From positions 1 to 54,978 of IMG/VR virus record IMGVR_UViG_3300048839_001570: a DNA stretch of 54,978 nt, one strand, 5' to 3'. Both the position numbers and the translations under genes were made by a program. This DNA comes from a virus. Its lineage: Duplodnaviria > Caudoviricetes. The number at the start of each line of letters is the position of its first letter. The stretch's first letter is position 1. The notes under the pieces were generated by a model. That model saw only the letters and a list, made by a program, of their open reading frames with translations, ran no database searches and was not told the origin of the DNA. This document shows, in pieces, positions 44,159 to 52,821 of the stretch.

Positions 44159-44793
44159 CAGGAAAGCTCCATTAGCAGCTTGCGAACCAGCGTGCGGGCG
44201 TAGTCCTGCCAGTCTCGGGCGACGACGACGAAGGCGAGCGGACCGCGGGAGACGGTCTCGCGGAAATAGGGCTCGTATGCGCCACCTACCGAGATCGCGT
44301 TGACCGTGATGTCGTCGGGAATCGTGATCGCCTCGGGGCGAAGCTCGCGGCGGCCCGAGTTGTCGGGCCCGTCGCCGGAGATGTCGAGCACGCGGCGCGT
44401 GCAGTCGGTGTGCTGGGCGAGCTCGGCCGCACCGAAGGCTATGGCGGCGCCGAGCGCGGTGTGACCGCCTCGAGGCGGACGCGGGGCGGCAAGTACGGCC
44501 GCGGCGATGGCCTCGACATCGGCCAGCGACCGCACCTTGGTCCACGGCACGATCACGACCGGATCCCGGCTCGACCACTCGTAGACGTGGACCCGCGCGC
44601 CGATGAGTCGCTGCCAGACCGCGTCGTGCAGAAGTGCCCTCGCCGTGCCCTCGCGCTGGGCCTTGTGCTCGTCGGCGTCAATCGAATCCGACACGTCGAT
44701 GCCGAGACTGAGAGCCGTGTGGCACGTGGCGGCGGCATGACTGGCGGCGATGAACACGGCCGCGGCGGCGAGGGCAACGGTGCGCACAGCCAT
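44158..44793 (-). CDS. DUF1194-like exported VWA-domain protein
   Basis: Signal peptide; MIDAS IDVSDS, TALGAAI, LDISGDGPDN. Confidence 0.85.
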   Translation of the reverse strand: MAVRTVALAAAAVFIAASHAAATCHTALSLGIDVSDSIDADEHKAQREGTARALLHDAVWQRLIGARVHVYEWSSRDPVVIVPWTKVRSLADVEAIAAAVLAAPRPPRGGHTALGAAIAFGAAELAQHTDCTRRVLDISGDGPDNSGRRELRPEAITIPDDITVNAISVGGAYEPYFRETVSRGPLAFVVVARDWQDYARTLVRKLLMELS

Positions 44794-46589
44794 CACACCA
44801 GGTCCCTCGCATCAGGCGGCAGGGGCGCGGGATCGCCGCCACGCTTGCCGCCCTGCCCCTCACGGCCTCGCCACTCCGAAAGCCGGGCCGCCATGGCATC
44901 GGTGAGGCGCAGGCCACCGTAGCCGTTCGCCGTGGCCGACTTCCGCGGCGTGAAGGTCGCGCCGTCGACGCGGAACACGTTGGCCTTCTCGGAAAGGCGC
45001 AGCTGGATCGAGCGGTTGCCCCACGGCTGTCCGCCCTGGTCGCGCTGGTAGACCTGGAACGCCTCGACCAGGTCGCGCGAGAGCACGAAGTCGGCCGCGT
45101 CGCCGGTGATCTTGCAGGCATCGAGCAGGAACGTGCGGACCGGGTCGGAATCGTCGCGAAACTGCTCCGTGGCCTGCAGCACGCCTTCGGGCTCTCGCAG
45201 GCCCCCGGCGAGGAAGTCGAGCGTCCCAGCGAGGAGCCAGTTCAGCACGCCCGACCGCTCCTCCCAGAGCTTCTGGGGCAGGAGCGGATCGACCGCGTCC
45301 TTCGGGATCTGCTGATCGAACGGCACGAGGAGAATGCGCCGCCAGATCCCGTCATCGGTGCCCCGCACGTTCGGCTTGTGGTTGCCCGAGATCGTCAGCT
45401 TGAACACCGGCTCGATCTCGACGAACTCCTCCCGCATCTTGCGGATCAGGATGGGCTCGCCGCCGGTCAGGAGCTTGATGATCGCTTCCTTGAAGCGCAG
45501 GCCCTCCTCCGGCTCCGAGGCGCGCACCATGCGCGCGCCGGGCACGCGCACGAGGTCCGGGGTGGCATCCGAGCCCTTGCGCTGTTCCGTGCCGGTCAGC
45601 GTCTCGATCGGCAGGCTTGTCGCGTACTCGCCCATCATGCGGGCGATGAGATCGACCAGGGTGGACTTCCCGTTCCGGCCCGTGCCGTGGAAGAACACCA
45701 GCTTCTGCTCGGACGTGAGCCCCGTGAGCGTGTAGCCGAACCACCGCTGCAGGAACGCCCGCATGGCCGGGTCCGGCTGGATGTCGGCGAGGAAGCGGTC
45801 GAAGGTCGGACAGGTGGCGGCAGGATCGTACACCACCGGCATGGACTTGGTGATGAGGTCCTCGCGAACCTGCTCACGCGTCGTGACCGCGTAGACCCGC
45901 CGGGGCCCCTCCTCGGCCGACCATGCGTCGAGATCGTCCTCGGCGGTCGCCTCGACCAGCTCGAGCGTCACCTCGGCCGTGTTGATCACCATGGGCGCGC
46001 GGTTGAGGTCCGCGAGGGTGCGCTCGCGATAAGGCTCGGCTTCCTTGAGCATGTTGGTGATCGGACCGGTATTGCCCGCGCTCTTCGCGTGCCGCAGGTG
46101 CTTCGCCCGCTTGTCGGCCAGGCGCTTGCGGATGTCGGCCGCGGCATCGTGAAGCTCGATCAGCCGGCGCAGCTCGACCTTGTCGTCCTCGGTAGGGTCC
46201 TTCTTGACCCGCAGCCGGTTGAGGAAGGTGCGGCTCTCCTCCGCTGCCTGGACGATGCCGGCCTCTTCCGGATCGTATCCGAGTTCGAAGGCTTCGCGCT
46301 TGATGAAGTGGCTGATGCGGTGCGCGCGGCGGCGCACGGCCATGCCGTCGAAGTCCTGCGCCCAGCGGTGGCCGTCCCAGGCGAACCACCCCATGCGCGG
46401 CACGAACATCAGGTCGTCGCCGTGGTAGATCACCACCCGCTGGCCGTTCCCGAAATCGTTGAGCGGCAGCGCACCTGCCTTGCGCAGGGTCTCCCGGACG
46501 CCCGATTCCTCGTCAGGCGGCGGGCCCTCGCCGGAGTAGTCGCGCGCCGCGGCGATCTCGTCTTCGTTCAAGGCCTTGTCCCAGTTCAT
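44793..46589 (-). CDS. P4/D5-family SF3 helicase (D5_N plus helicase, no primase domain seen)
   Basis: NDFGNGQR, WFAWDGHRW, Walker A GTGRNGKST, ASE, NHKP, GIWRRI. Confidence 0.92.
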   Translation of the reverse strand: MNWDKALNEDEIAAARDYSGEGPPPDEESGVRETLRKAGALPLNDFGNGQRVVIYHGDDLMFVPRMGWFAWDGHRWAQDFDGMAVRRRAHRISHFIKREAFELGYDPEEAGIVQAAEESRTFLNRLRVKKDPTEDDKVELRRLIELHDAAADIRKRLADKRAKHLRHAKSAGNTGPITNMLKEAEPYRERTLADLNRAPMVINTAEVTLELVEATAEDDLDAWSAEEGPRRVYAVTTREQVREDLITKSMPVVYDPAATCPTFDRFLADIQPDPAMRAFLQRWFGYTLTGLTSEQKLVFFHGTGRNGKSTLVDLIARMMGEYATSLPIETLTGTEQRKGSDATPDLVRVPGARMVRASEPEEGLRFKEAIIKLLTGGEPILIRKMREEFVEIEPVFKLTISGNHKPNVRGTDDGIWRRILLVPFDQQIPKDAVDPLLPQKLWEERSGVLNWLLAGTLDFLAGGLREPEGVLQATEQFRDDSDPVRTFLLDACKITGDAADFVLSRDLVEAFQVYQRDQGGQPWGNRSIQLRLSEKANVFRVDGATFTPRKSATANGYGGLRLTDAMAARLSEWRGREGQGGKRGGDPAPLPPDARDLV

Positions 46590-46996
46590 CGCGTCGCGCC
46601 CTGCAGTACCCGGCGCTGCGCCGCGGCAAGGAAGTCGGCCCGGTCCTTCGCCGATAGGGCGAGGAAGCAGGCGAGTAGCACGTGCTTGCGGACGTGCGGG
46701 CTTGCCCACTCCGCCCACTGGCGCGCATCCCAGCCGACGCGCCCGAGCGCCGGCGCGGGCATTGCCGCGAGATCGGCGAGCGCGGCGTCCATGAGCACGA
46801 TGGCATCGTCGGCCGCGGCGATGCGGATCGCGTAGCCCAGCAGCGCCTGCCGGTCGGCCCGCGTCAGGATCTGCTCCCAGACCGCGGACGCGCCCTCCCA
46901 GTCATCCTCGCGCAGCGCACGCGTGAGCTCGAGGCCCGCCATGGCCGTGCGGTTCGCCTCGATCTCCTCCGGCGTCATTTCGGCCTCGCCGGTCAT
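46586..46996 (-). CDS. Hypothetical protein
   Basis: Coupled ORF; ARQWAEWAS. Confidence 0.6.
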   Translation of the reverse strand: MTGEAEMTPEEIEANRTAMAGLELTRALREDDWEGASAVWEQILTRADRQALLGYAIRIAAADDAIVLMDAALADLAAMPAPALGRVGWDARQWAEWASPHVRKHVLLACFLALSAKDRADFLAAAQRRVLQGATR

Positions 46997-47265
46997 CGCG
47001 CAGGCTCGCTGCCGAGTTCGCAGCCGATGGCGGCGTAGCCGGCGATGTCCACCCAGCTGTCGGCGTGCCCCGGGTTTCCCCGGGCACGGGCGACCTTGAA
47101 CAGCACCATCAGTCGCGCGACGTCGATCGCCGTGATCGGGATGCCGAGGTCGGCCGACCAGAGCGCGGCTATCGCGCCGAAGCTGTCCTCCGCGCGGCCA
47201 TGGGTCGCTGCGCGATCACGGGTGACCGCACCTTCGGCGGTGACGAGACACTCCGACCGCTGCAT
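46993..47265 (-). CDS. DUF6378-like protein
   Basis: DRAATHG..EDSF..IAALWS...DVARLMVLFKVAR...DSWVDIAGYAA. Confidence 0.85.
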   Translation of the reverse strand: MQRSECLVTAEGAVTRDRAATHGRAEDSFGAIAALWSADLGIPITAIDVARLMVLFKVARARGNPGHADSWVDIAGYAAIGCELGSEPAR

Positions 47266-47269
47266 CTGC

Positions 47270-47458
47270 TCAGCGCTCCGAGACGAGGCGCAGATGGGGG
47301 CGCGCCGGCTCGCGGCGGATCGGCATGGCGACGGATTCGCCCGCCTCGTGGCTGTAGCCCGCGGCGCTCGAATCCGGGCGCAAGCACGGGAGGCACATCC
47401 AAACGGTGGTTGCGACCCCGAGGCCGCCGACGAAGAAGCCCGCGAGGAATGCCAGCAT
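47270..47458 (-). CDS. Small membrane protein
   Basis: MLAFLAGFFVGGLGV. Confidence 0.5.
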   Translation of the reverse strand: MLAFLAGFFVGGLGVATTVWMCLPCLRPDSSAAGYSHEAGESVAMPIRREPARPHLRLVSER

Positions 47459-47460
47459 GC

Positions 47461-48324
47461 TCAGTGCTCCACGAAGACGATGGGACGGTCGGTCGACCAG
47501 CAGACCCCGCAGGAACCGCAGTGCCGGGCGTCGTCCCGACCGGCCATGGCGCTCAGCTGCTCGGGGCAGACTATGGCGTCGCCGATGGTCTTGCGCTCGG
47601 TCGGGAAATCGATGGTGAAAGCGCCCCACCTGCCGGTGCGACCGGAGTGCCGGACATTGAACCGGCGGGACGGCAGAAGCTGGTCACGCTCGCAGGCGAT
47701 GGCCGCGCCGATCTCGGTATTGGGACCCCAGGCGGTGAACCCGAAGACGTAGAGGCCCCGGTGCCGCTGGACGAGCGAGGCCCAGAACCGGACGTAGTCG
47801 ACGCTGTAGAAGTCGCCGAGGACGTGAAGCCGGACAAGCACGCGGCGGTGGCGGGCACACAGATCGGCGACCTCGGCCTCGATCCGAGCCTCGAGGTCAG
47901 GCCCGTGCCGCCAGCGCCGCGAGAACTGCATGGCGTTGCCGTAGCAGGTGCGCCACATGCTGCAGGCCCGGGGGCACGTCGCGCGCTCCTCGAGGGTGAG
48001 CGTCACGATGTGCGCGCCGCGCAGCCAGCCGACCAGGACGTCGCCGCCGATCTTCGAGTTCGACGCGCCGTCCTTGAGCACCGTCTCGGTCGGCAGCGGA
48101 TCGAACACTCGCGTCGGGAAGATCGTCCCCGTCGACTCCGGCGAGGCGACCGCGGCTGCCAGACCGGACGGCACCGGGGCGGTCTTGAACCGCCGGCGGT
48201 CCCGGACGCGCTCGATCTGCGCGATGCGCTGGCGCGCCTTGCGGGCGTCGATCGTCTCGCCGGGGGGCGGCTCCTCGCCCTTGCGCGGGCGGCCACGGCG
48301 GCGCGGGGCAGCGGACACGGACAC
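47461..48324 (-). CDS. Phage gp88-like radical-SAM-like protein
   Basis: NSKIG, TCPRACSMWRTCYG, RLHVLGDFYS, CPEQ, CGSCGVCW. Confidence 0.75.
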   Translation of the reverse strand: MSVSAAPRRRGRPRKGEEPPPGETIDARKARQRIAQIERVRDRRRFKTAPVPSGLAAAVASPESTGTIFPTRVFDPLPTETVLKDGASNSKIGGDVLVGWLRGAHIVTLTLEERATCPRACSMWRTCYGNAMQFSRRWRHGPDLEARIEAEVADLCARHRRVLVRLHVLGDFYSVDYVRFWASLVQRHRGLYVFGFTAWGPNTEIGAAIACERDQLLPSRRFNVRHSGRTGRWGAFTIDFPTERKTIGDAIVCPEQLSAMAGRDDARHCGSCGVCWSTDRPIVFVEH

Positions 48325-48339
48325 CGGCGGGGCTCCCGC

Positions 48340-49167
48340 TCAGGCCGCGACGGAGGCGGCGTCGGCCGCCCGCGTCTTGAGGCGGATGAGCAGCTGGCGC
48401 TGCTGGTTCAGGCCCTTCTCCGGGAGCAGCTCGTTCCAGCGCTCGAGCGCGAACTCCCGGGTGATCGAGAGCCGGTTGCAGGCGAGCGGCAGGCCGCTCT
48501 CGATGATCGACCGCGCCAGCTCGTAGTCGCGCTCCGGCGTCCAGAACCCTGCCTTCGGCTCTACGGCGTCCTGCACGGCGGCGGGAGCAGGGGTGTCGAG
48601 CACAGGCTCGACAGGGGGTGCGGCTTCAGGCTCCGCCGCGCCGTCCCCAATGAGATAAGGGGCAAGCGCCTGCTCAGACCACGCCTCGATCTGCACCGGC
48701 TCCGGATCGACCGCGGGTTCCGGCGCGTCGGCCGATTCCGCCACGTCCGGCTCCGGCGCGCGATGCGGCGCGAACGCGCCCATGGCCCGGCGATGCGCCA
48801 TCACCTTGCCCTGGAGCCGCTGCGGCTTGATCCCGGCCGCGCGGGCCACGTCCCGCACCCGCGCGCCGCAGTCCACCACCTGGGCGACGAGGGCGGGCCA
48901 GTCCGGCTCTGGCTCGAGTTCGGCCAGGCCTGCATCCTCGCAAGTGCCGGCCGGAGAGGCAGGCGACGGCGATCGCTCCTCCCCGGCCGGCGCCGACGGT
49001 GACCCCGCCGCCGGCTGCTCTGCCGGGGAGGAGGAAGCGGGGACCTCCGCGCACACGGGCATCGGTGCGGGCGCCTCGCCGCTGCTCTCGTAGGCATCGA
49101 GCAGCGCACGGAGCGCCACGCGGGTGAACGGCTGCGACAGGTCCAGGCGAAGGCTGATCTCGGTCAT
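48340..49167 (-). CDS. Hypothetical protein with HTH-like segments
   Basis: VRDVARAAGIKPQRLQG; WTPERDYEL. Confidence 0.6.
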   Translation of the reverse strand: MTEISLRLDLSQPFTRVALRALLDAYESSGEAPAPMPVCAEVPASSSPAEQPAAGSPSAPAGEERSPSPASPAGTCEDAGLAELEPEPDWPALVAQVVDCGARVRDVARAAGIKPQRLQGKVMAHRRAMGAFAPHRAPEPDVAESADAPEPAVDPEPVQIEAWSEQALAPYLIGDGAAEPEAAPPVEPVLDTPAPAAVQDAVEPKAGFWTPERDYELARSIIESGLPLACNRLSITREFALERWNELLPEKGLNQQRQLLIRLKTRAADAASVAA

Positions 49168-49661
49168 TCCCGCACCTGCTCCATGAAATAGCCGAAGCCC
49201 CGCACGTTCCGGATCCGGAAGCCCATGCGCTTCTCGGCGAGCTTGGCGTTGAGGCGGCAGACGATCACGTTGACCATCTTCTGCTGCGCCCACGAGTCCG
49301 GCACCCGGCGCCAGCTGACGACCGCGATGAGGCCGTCGTAGCTGATCGGGGACGGCATCCGCCGGTGCAGCGCGAACAGGATCGCGCCCTCCTGCGGCCT
49401 CAGGCTGATCCCGCGCTCGAGGAGAAGCCGCGACACCGCCGCCGGCAGCGTCGTGATCTGCTCGAGCGCGAAGACCAGGTGCTCGACCTGCTCCTCGAGC
49501 GGCAGGTGCGCGATCTCTTCCCGGAAGGACGGCCGGGACGGACGAGGGGGTGCAAGGGGGGGGGTGGGTGCTGCCCGCCCGGCCCGGCCGCCCATCGGGG
49601 AAGAGACGACCCCCGCGCCGCGGGGGCGCGGGGAAATGGCGCAGGGCAGGCGCGGCGTCAC
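49164..49661 (-). CDS. OmpR/PhoB-type winged-helix protein lacking a receiver domain
   Basis: LRPQEGAILFAL...KMVNVIVCRLNAKL...IRNVRGFGY; start uncertain. Confidence 0.75.
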   Translation of the reverse strand: MTPRLPCAISPRPRGAGVVSSPMGGRAGRAAPTPPLAPPRPSRPSFREEIAHLPLEEQVEHLVFALEQITTLPAAVSRLLLERGISLRPQEGAILFALHRRMPSPISYDGLIAVVSWRRVPDSWAQQKMVNVIVCRLNAKLAEKRMGFRIRNVRGFGYFMEQVRE

Positions 49662-49963
49662 GCCCTGCCCTTCTCGATCGCGGTGAGCGCGAGCGCCGCG
49701 CGCGCGACCAGGACCGTCTTGACGTTGAGGCCCGCCTCCATCAACGCCCGCGGCCAGGTCGCCCAGCCCGGCGCGTCCCACGCCTCGACCACGGCCTCGG
49801 CCGCAGCCACGAGCGGCAGCATGTCCGGCACCCGGCGGGCCCGGGGCGTGACGTGCCGGAGCATCTCGACCAACGGCTCGCGCGTCGCGTGGTCGCCGAT
49901 CTCCGGCATGGCGAGCGCGGCCAGCAGGTTAATCACCGCAGTGTCGGCGTAGGTGTAGGCCAT
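49658..49963 (-). CDS. Hypothetical protein
   Basis: MAYTYADTAV; coupled. Confidence 0.55.
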   Translation of the reverse strand: MAYTYADTAVINLLAALAMPEIGDHATREPLVEMLRHVTPRARRVPDMLPLVAAAEAVVEAWDAPGWATWPRALMEAGLNVKTVLVARAALALTAIEKGRA

Positions 49964-50199
49964 CAGCTGCCGCCTCCGGCCCGGGCGGTGGCCTTGCGCT
50001 TGGCGCGCCCGCACGTTGCGACGACGCTCGACCCGTCGAGGGCCTGCTGGGCCCCGCGCAGCGCGCGGAGCGAAGATTCGATGAGGACGCCGGCGAGCGC
50101 GTCGCGGTCCGTCCCGGCGATCTTCGACAGCCGGTCGAGCAGGTCCATGTCGCTCCCGCTCAGGTAGCCGTAGGGGCCCTGGACATCGCGGCGGCTCAT
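49963..50199 (-). CDS. Small RHH-like protein
   Basis: YGYLSGSDMDLLDRLSKIAGTDRDALAGVLIESSL. Confidence 0.5.
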   Translation of the reverse strand: MSRRDVQGPYGYLSGSDMDLLDRLSKIAGTDRDALAGVLIESSLRALRGAQQALDGSSVVATCGRAKRKATARAGGGS

Positions 50200-50433
50200 G
50201 GCTTGCCCCCCGAGCTCGAGGTGCCCACGACGACCACGCCGGCCGCGCCCGCACCCGAAAAGGCCGCCCCGGCCGGAGCCGGGGCGGAGGTGCCCCCCGG
50301 GAGGCCGCCACAGCGACGAAGCGACCCGGAAAACGCGTGGGGGGTGGAGGAAGGGGGCAAAGTCACGGACGGAGTTCCGGAATGTTCTCGGGAAGATTTT
50401 CCGCATGGCGCGCGCCCTGGGGGGCGCGGCCGC

Positions 50434-50667
50434 TTACGCCGCGAGCAGGAGCTTCGACCGCAGGGGCGGCGCCAGCCGCCGATCCCGCAGGACGCCCACC
50501 AGGTACGGCATGCGCGGCAGGGTGGACCGGTTCAGCCAGTGCACCGCGGTGCCGTAGTCGCAGCCGAAGGTATCCATGATCTGGCCGGTCGAGCGGAAGT
50601 TCTCCTCCAGGAACGACGACCACATGATTCTCAAGGCAATTTCTTCGGAAGAAGTTCTGTAAGACAT
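50434..50667 (-). CDS. Small HTH-like protein in CII position
   Basis: WSSFLEENF...IMDTFGCDYGTAVHWL. Confidence 0.6.
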   Translation of the reverse strand: MSYRTSSEEIALRIMWSSFLEENFRSTGQIMDTFGCDYGTAVHWLNRSTLPRMPYLVGVLRDRRLAPPLRSKLLLAA

Positions 50668-50811
50668 TCCAGTGACCCCCATGCTTCAATGCATTTGCTC
50701 GGGCCCTGAACTGAGTAGCTGGTGCACACGGTGCTTCTTGTGATTGGGTCGGGCAGGCGCGGGCGGACGGGTGGGGCCGCCCGCGCCACTTCAGGGGACG
50801 GCGGAGCGCGG

Positions 50812-51027
50812 TCACGCGGCGGCTCCCTGCGACGAGAACCATACCGACGCCGGAACACGGCCAGCTGTGGCCGCGTCGATCTTCCTAATCGTCTCGCGAC
50901 CCGGCTGCTTGGTCCCGTCCAGTATCTCCAGAAGGTACCGTCGCGAGATGCCAATCCTCTCGGCCACATCCGCCTTCGACGCGGAAGGCATCTCGGCATC
51001 GATCCATTGCTTGAGGGTCATCGGCAT
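50812..51027 (-). CDS. Cro-like XRE HTH regulator
   Basis: SKADVAERIGISRRYLLEILDGTKQPG...TAGRVP; divergent from repressor. Confidence 0.85.
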   Translation of the reverse strand: MPMTLKQWIDAEMPSASKADVAERIGISRRYLLEILDGTKQPGRETIRKIDAATAGRVPASVWFSSQGAAA

Positions 51028-51035
51028 GCGGGTTG

Positions 51036-51087
51036 TGTCGCACATAGCGACGGCATCCGTCAAGACGGATTGTCGCCATTTTCGACA
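51036..51087. promoter_or_regulatory. Two 17-bp operators plus TTGACG -35 for the cro transcript
   Basis: TGTCGCACATAGCGACG (51036-51052), TGTCGCCATTTTCGACA (51071-51087); palindrome ATCCGTC-AA-GACGGAT between them. Confidence 0.8.
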
Positions 51088-51122
51088 ACGCGGTTCGAGG
51101 CGGTGCGATAGAAACTTGGTTG

Positions 51123-51419
51123 ATGGGTGTGCGCATAAGAGAGTTCCGAGAGGCACAGGGGCTGAGCCAACAGGCCTTGGCACACAAGGCCGGTGTATCC
51201 CGGAGCTATCTGGCCGAGATGGAAAGCGGCGCGAAAGCGATCAACTCGCGCCGGCTCAAGGCGGTCGCCAACGCGCTAGGCGTCTCGGAGTCCGACCTGT
51301 TCATTGAGGATGCAGACCAGGCAAACCGCTTGGCGGAGCTCGTCGCTATTGCTCGCTCTGCTTCGGCCGAGGATCTTGACCAGATTCTCGGAGTGGCGAG
51401 GTTGACCTCCCGGAAGTAA
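51123..51419 (+). CDS. CI-like XRE repressor without S24 peptidase domain
   Basis: IREFREAQGLSQQALAHKAGVSRSYLAEMESG...ANALGV; only 98 aa. Confidence 0.88.
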   Translation: MGVRIREFREAQGLSQQALAHKAGVSRSYLAEMESGAKAINSRRLKAVANALGVSESDLFIEDADQANRLAELVAIARSASAEDLDQILGVARLTSRK

Positions 51420-51504
51420 TCTGACGCGCGGCGACGACCAGCGCTTCAAGGTCATCAGGGCTCAGCCGACGCGCGAGGGCGACCAGTTCGCTTAGCTTGG
51501 ACAT
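51346..51504 (-). CDS. 52-aa protein resembling the repressor C-terminus (putative antirepressor)
   Basis: GGAG SD; SKLSELVALARRLSPDDLEALVVAAR aligns ungapped to repressor NRLAELVAIARSASAEDLDQILGVAR. Confidence 0.7.
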   Translation of the reverse strand: MSKLSELVALARRLSPDDLEALVVAARQITSGRSTSPLRESGQDPRPKQSEQ

Positions 51505-51599
51505 TCGCTCCACCCCTATACGATTTGACAACCATGGGATGCATAGCCGGCCGCGTCGCGAAGCGGCGCGGCGGCAGAAGTTACGCAGTTAATCCGCGC

Positions 51600-51651
51600 T
51601 GTCGCTATTCGCGACAAAAGGCTTGCGCGATCTGTCGCTATGTGCGACAAT
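51600..51651 (+). promoter_or_regulatory. Two 17-bp operators overlapping promoter TTGCGC-N17-GACAAT
   Basis: TGTCGCTATTCGCGACA (51600-51616), TGTCGCTATGTGCGACA (51633-51649). Confidence 0.82.
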
Positions 51652-51689
51652 CCTCTCCCGAGGGGTGACCCCCTACAGGAGAAACCGAC

Positions 51690-52160
51690 ATGCTACGCAT
51701 CACCGCCGCCGCGCTCGTCGCGGCGATCAGCTTCGCCTTGCCCGCTGCGGCCTGCGTCTCGTCCGGGACGTGCAACGGCCTGCCCGGATGGGCTGCGAAC
51801 GAGTTCGCGCAGTCCGACAACTTCGCGACGGAGCGCGCCCTGACCGAGCGTTACGACGCCGCCCGCGCAGCGCACGGCCGCGCGTCGATCAACCTGCAGC
51901 GCCATCTCGACAGCCTGCCCTACGGCCCGCCCACGCCGGCGCAGTCGGCGCGCACCAAGCAGCTGACCGCCCTCAAGAACCAGGCGGCGCGGCGGCTGAA
52001 CGATGCGCACAACCTGCTGCTCGGCTCGAAGTCGGCGGCGGCGACCCGCAACCTGACGCCCAAGCAGCGGGTCGCGTTCAACGCCGGGTTCTACAGCGCC
52101 GACGATCCCCGGTGCACGGGCGGCTGCACCATCAGCGAGATCAACCGCTGGAATTCCTGA
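51690..52160 (+). CDS. Exported hypothetical protein
   Basis: AGGAG SD; signal peptide; Cys pairs at both ends. Confidence 0.75.
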   Translation: MLRITAAALVAAISFALPAAACVSSGTCNGLPGWAANEFAQSDNFATERALTERYDAARAAHGRASINLQRHLDSLPYGPPTPAQSARTKQLTALKNQAARRLNDAHNLLLGSKSAAATRNLTPKQRVAFNAGFYSADDPRCTGGCTISEINRWNS

Positions 52161-52225
52161 TCGCCGTTCTGCGCCTCTCCGGGGGAGGGGAGGCGCAGCG
52201 CCGTGATCAGCAGGAGACCGCTCCC

Positions 52226-52393
52226 ATGGCCGCACCACCCATCGCCCGAGCCGTCGAAATCGCCGCCGCCGCCGCGCTTGTCGTCACGCTGCTAGCGCTC
52301 GGCCTCGCCACTCTGCGGGAGACGACCTTCCGGGCCGCCCAGTGCGAGGCCCGCGGGCCCGAGGCCTGCACTCTCATCCTCGGCGGCGGCTGA
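52226..52393 (+). CDS. Small membrane protein
   Basis: AGGAG SD; TM IAAAAALVVTLLALGLA. Confidence 0.55.
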   Translation: MAAPPIARAVEIAAAAALVVTLLALGLATLRETTFRAAQCEARGPEACTLILGGG

Positions 52394-52442
52394 CGCCGCG
52401 ATCGATATCTCACCTCCACTGCCAACGAAAGGAACCCGAACG

Positions 52443-52820
52443 ATGAACGGACTGCACCGCCCCGCCCCGGCCGCGATCGCCATGGCCCTTGTCCTGTCGG
52501 CCTGCGCCCAGCGGCCCGACCAGATCGCGGCCGACTACGTGCCGCCGAGCCGCTACGCCGCGGCGAGCTGCGCCGACATCCGCGACGACACCAACACGGC
52601 CGTCCTGCGGCTCAACGAGCTGAGCGGCGCCCAGGATGCCAAGGCGACCTCAGACGCGGTCCTGACCGGCGTTGGCCTCATCCTGTTCTGGCCCGCCCTC
52701 TTCGCCACGTCGGGCACCCTCGGCGCCGACGACCACGCCGGCGAGATCGCCGCGCTCAAGGGGGAAGTCAGCGCGCTGCAGACCGCCTGGATCGCCAACG
52801 GCTGCGCGGGAGGGGCGTGA
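52443..52820 (+). CDS. Lipoprotein
   Basis: LVLSAC lipobox; YVPPSRYAAASC; GVGLILFWPALF; IAALKGE. Confidence 0.8.
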   Translation: MNGLHRPAPAAIAMALVLSACAQRPDQIAADYVPPSRYAAASCADIRDDTNTAVLRLNELSGAQDAKATSDAVLTGVGLILFWPALFATSGTLGADDHAGEIAALKGEVSALQTAWIANGCAGGA

Positions 52821-52821
52821 C

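Noticed and set aside
50374-50387. GTTC-N6-GTTC
   Set aside because: Spacer is one base short of the LexA consensus
51580-51592. CtrA site upstream of the mimic ORF
   Set aside because: Only a TTAAC half-site; spacing does not fit TTAA-N7-TTAA
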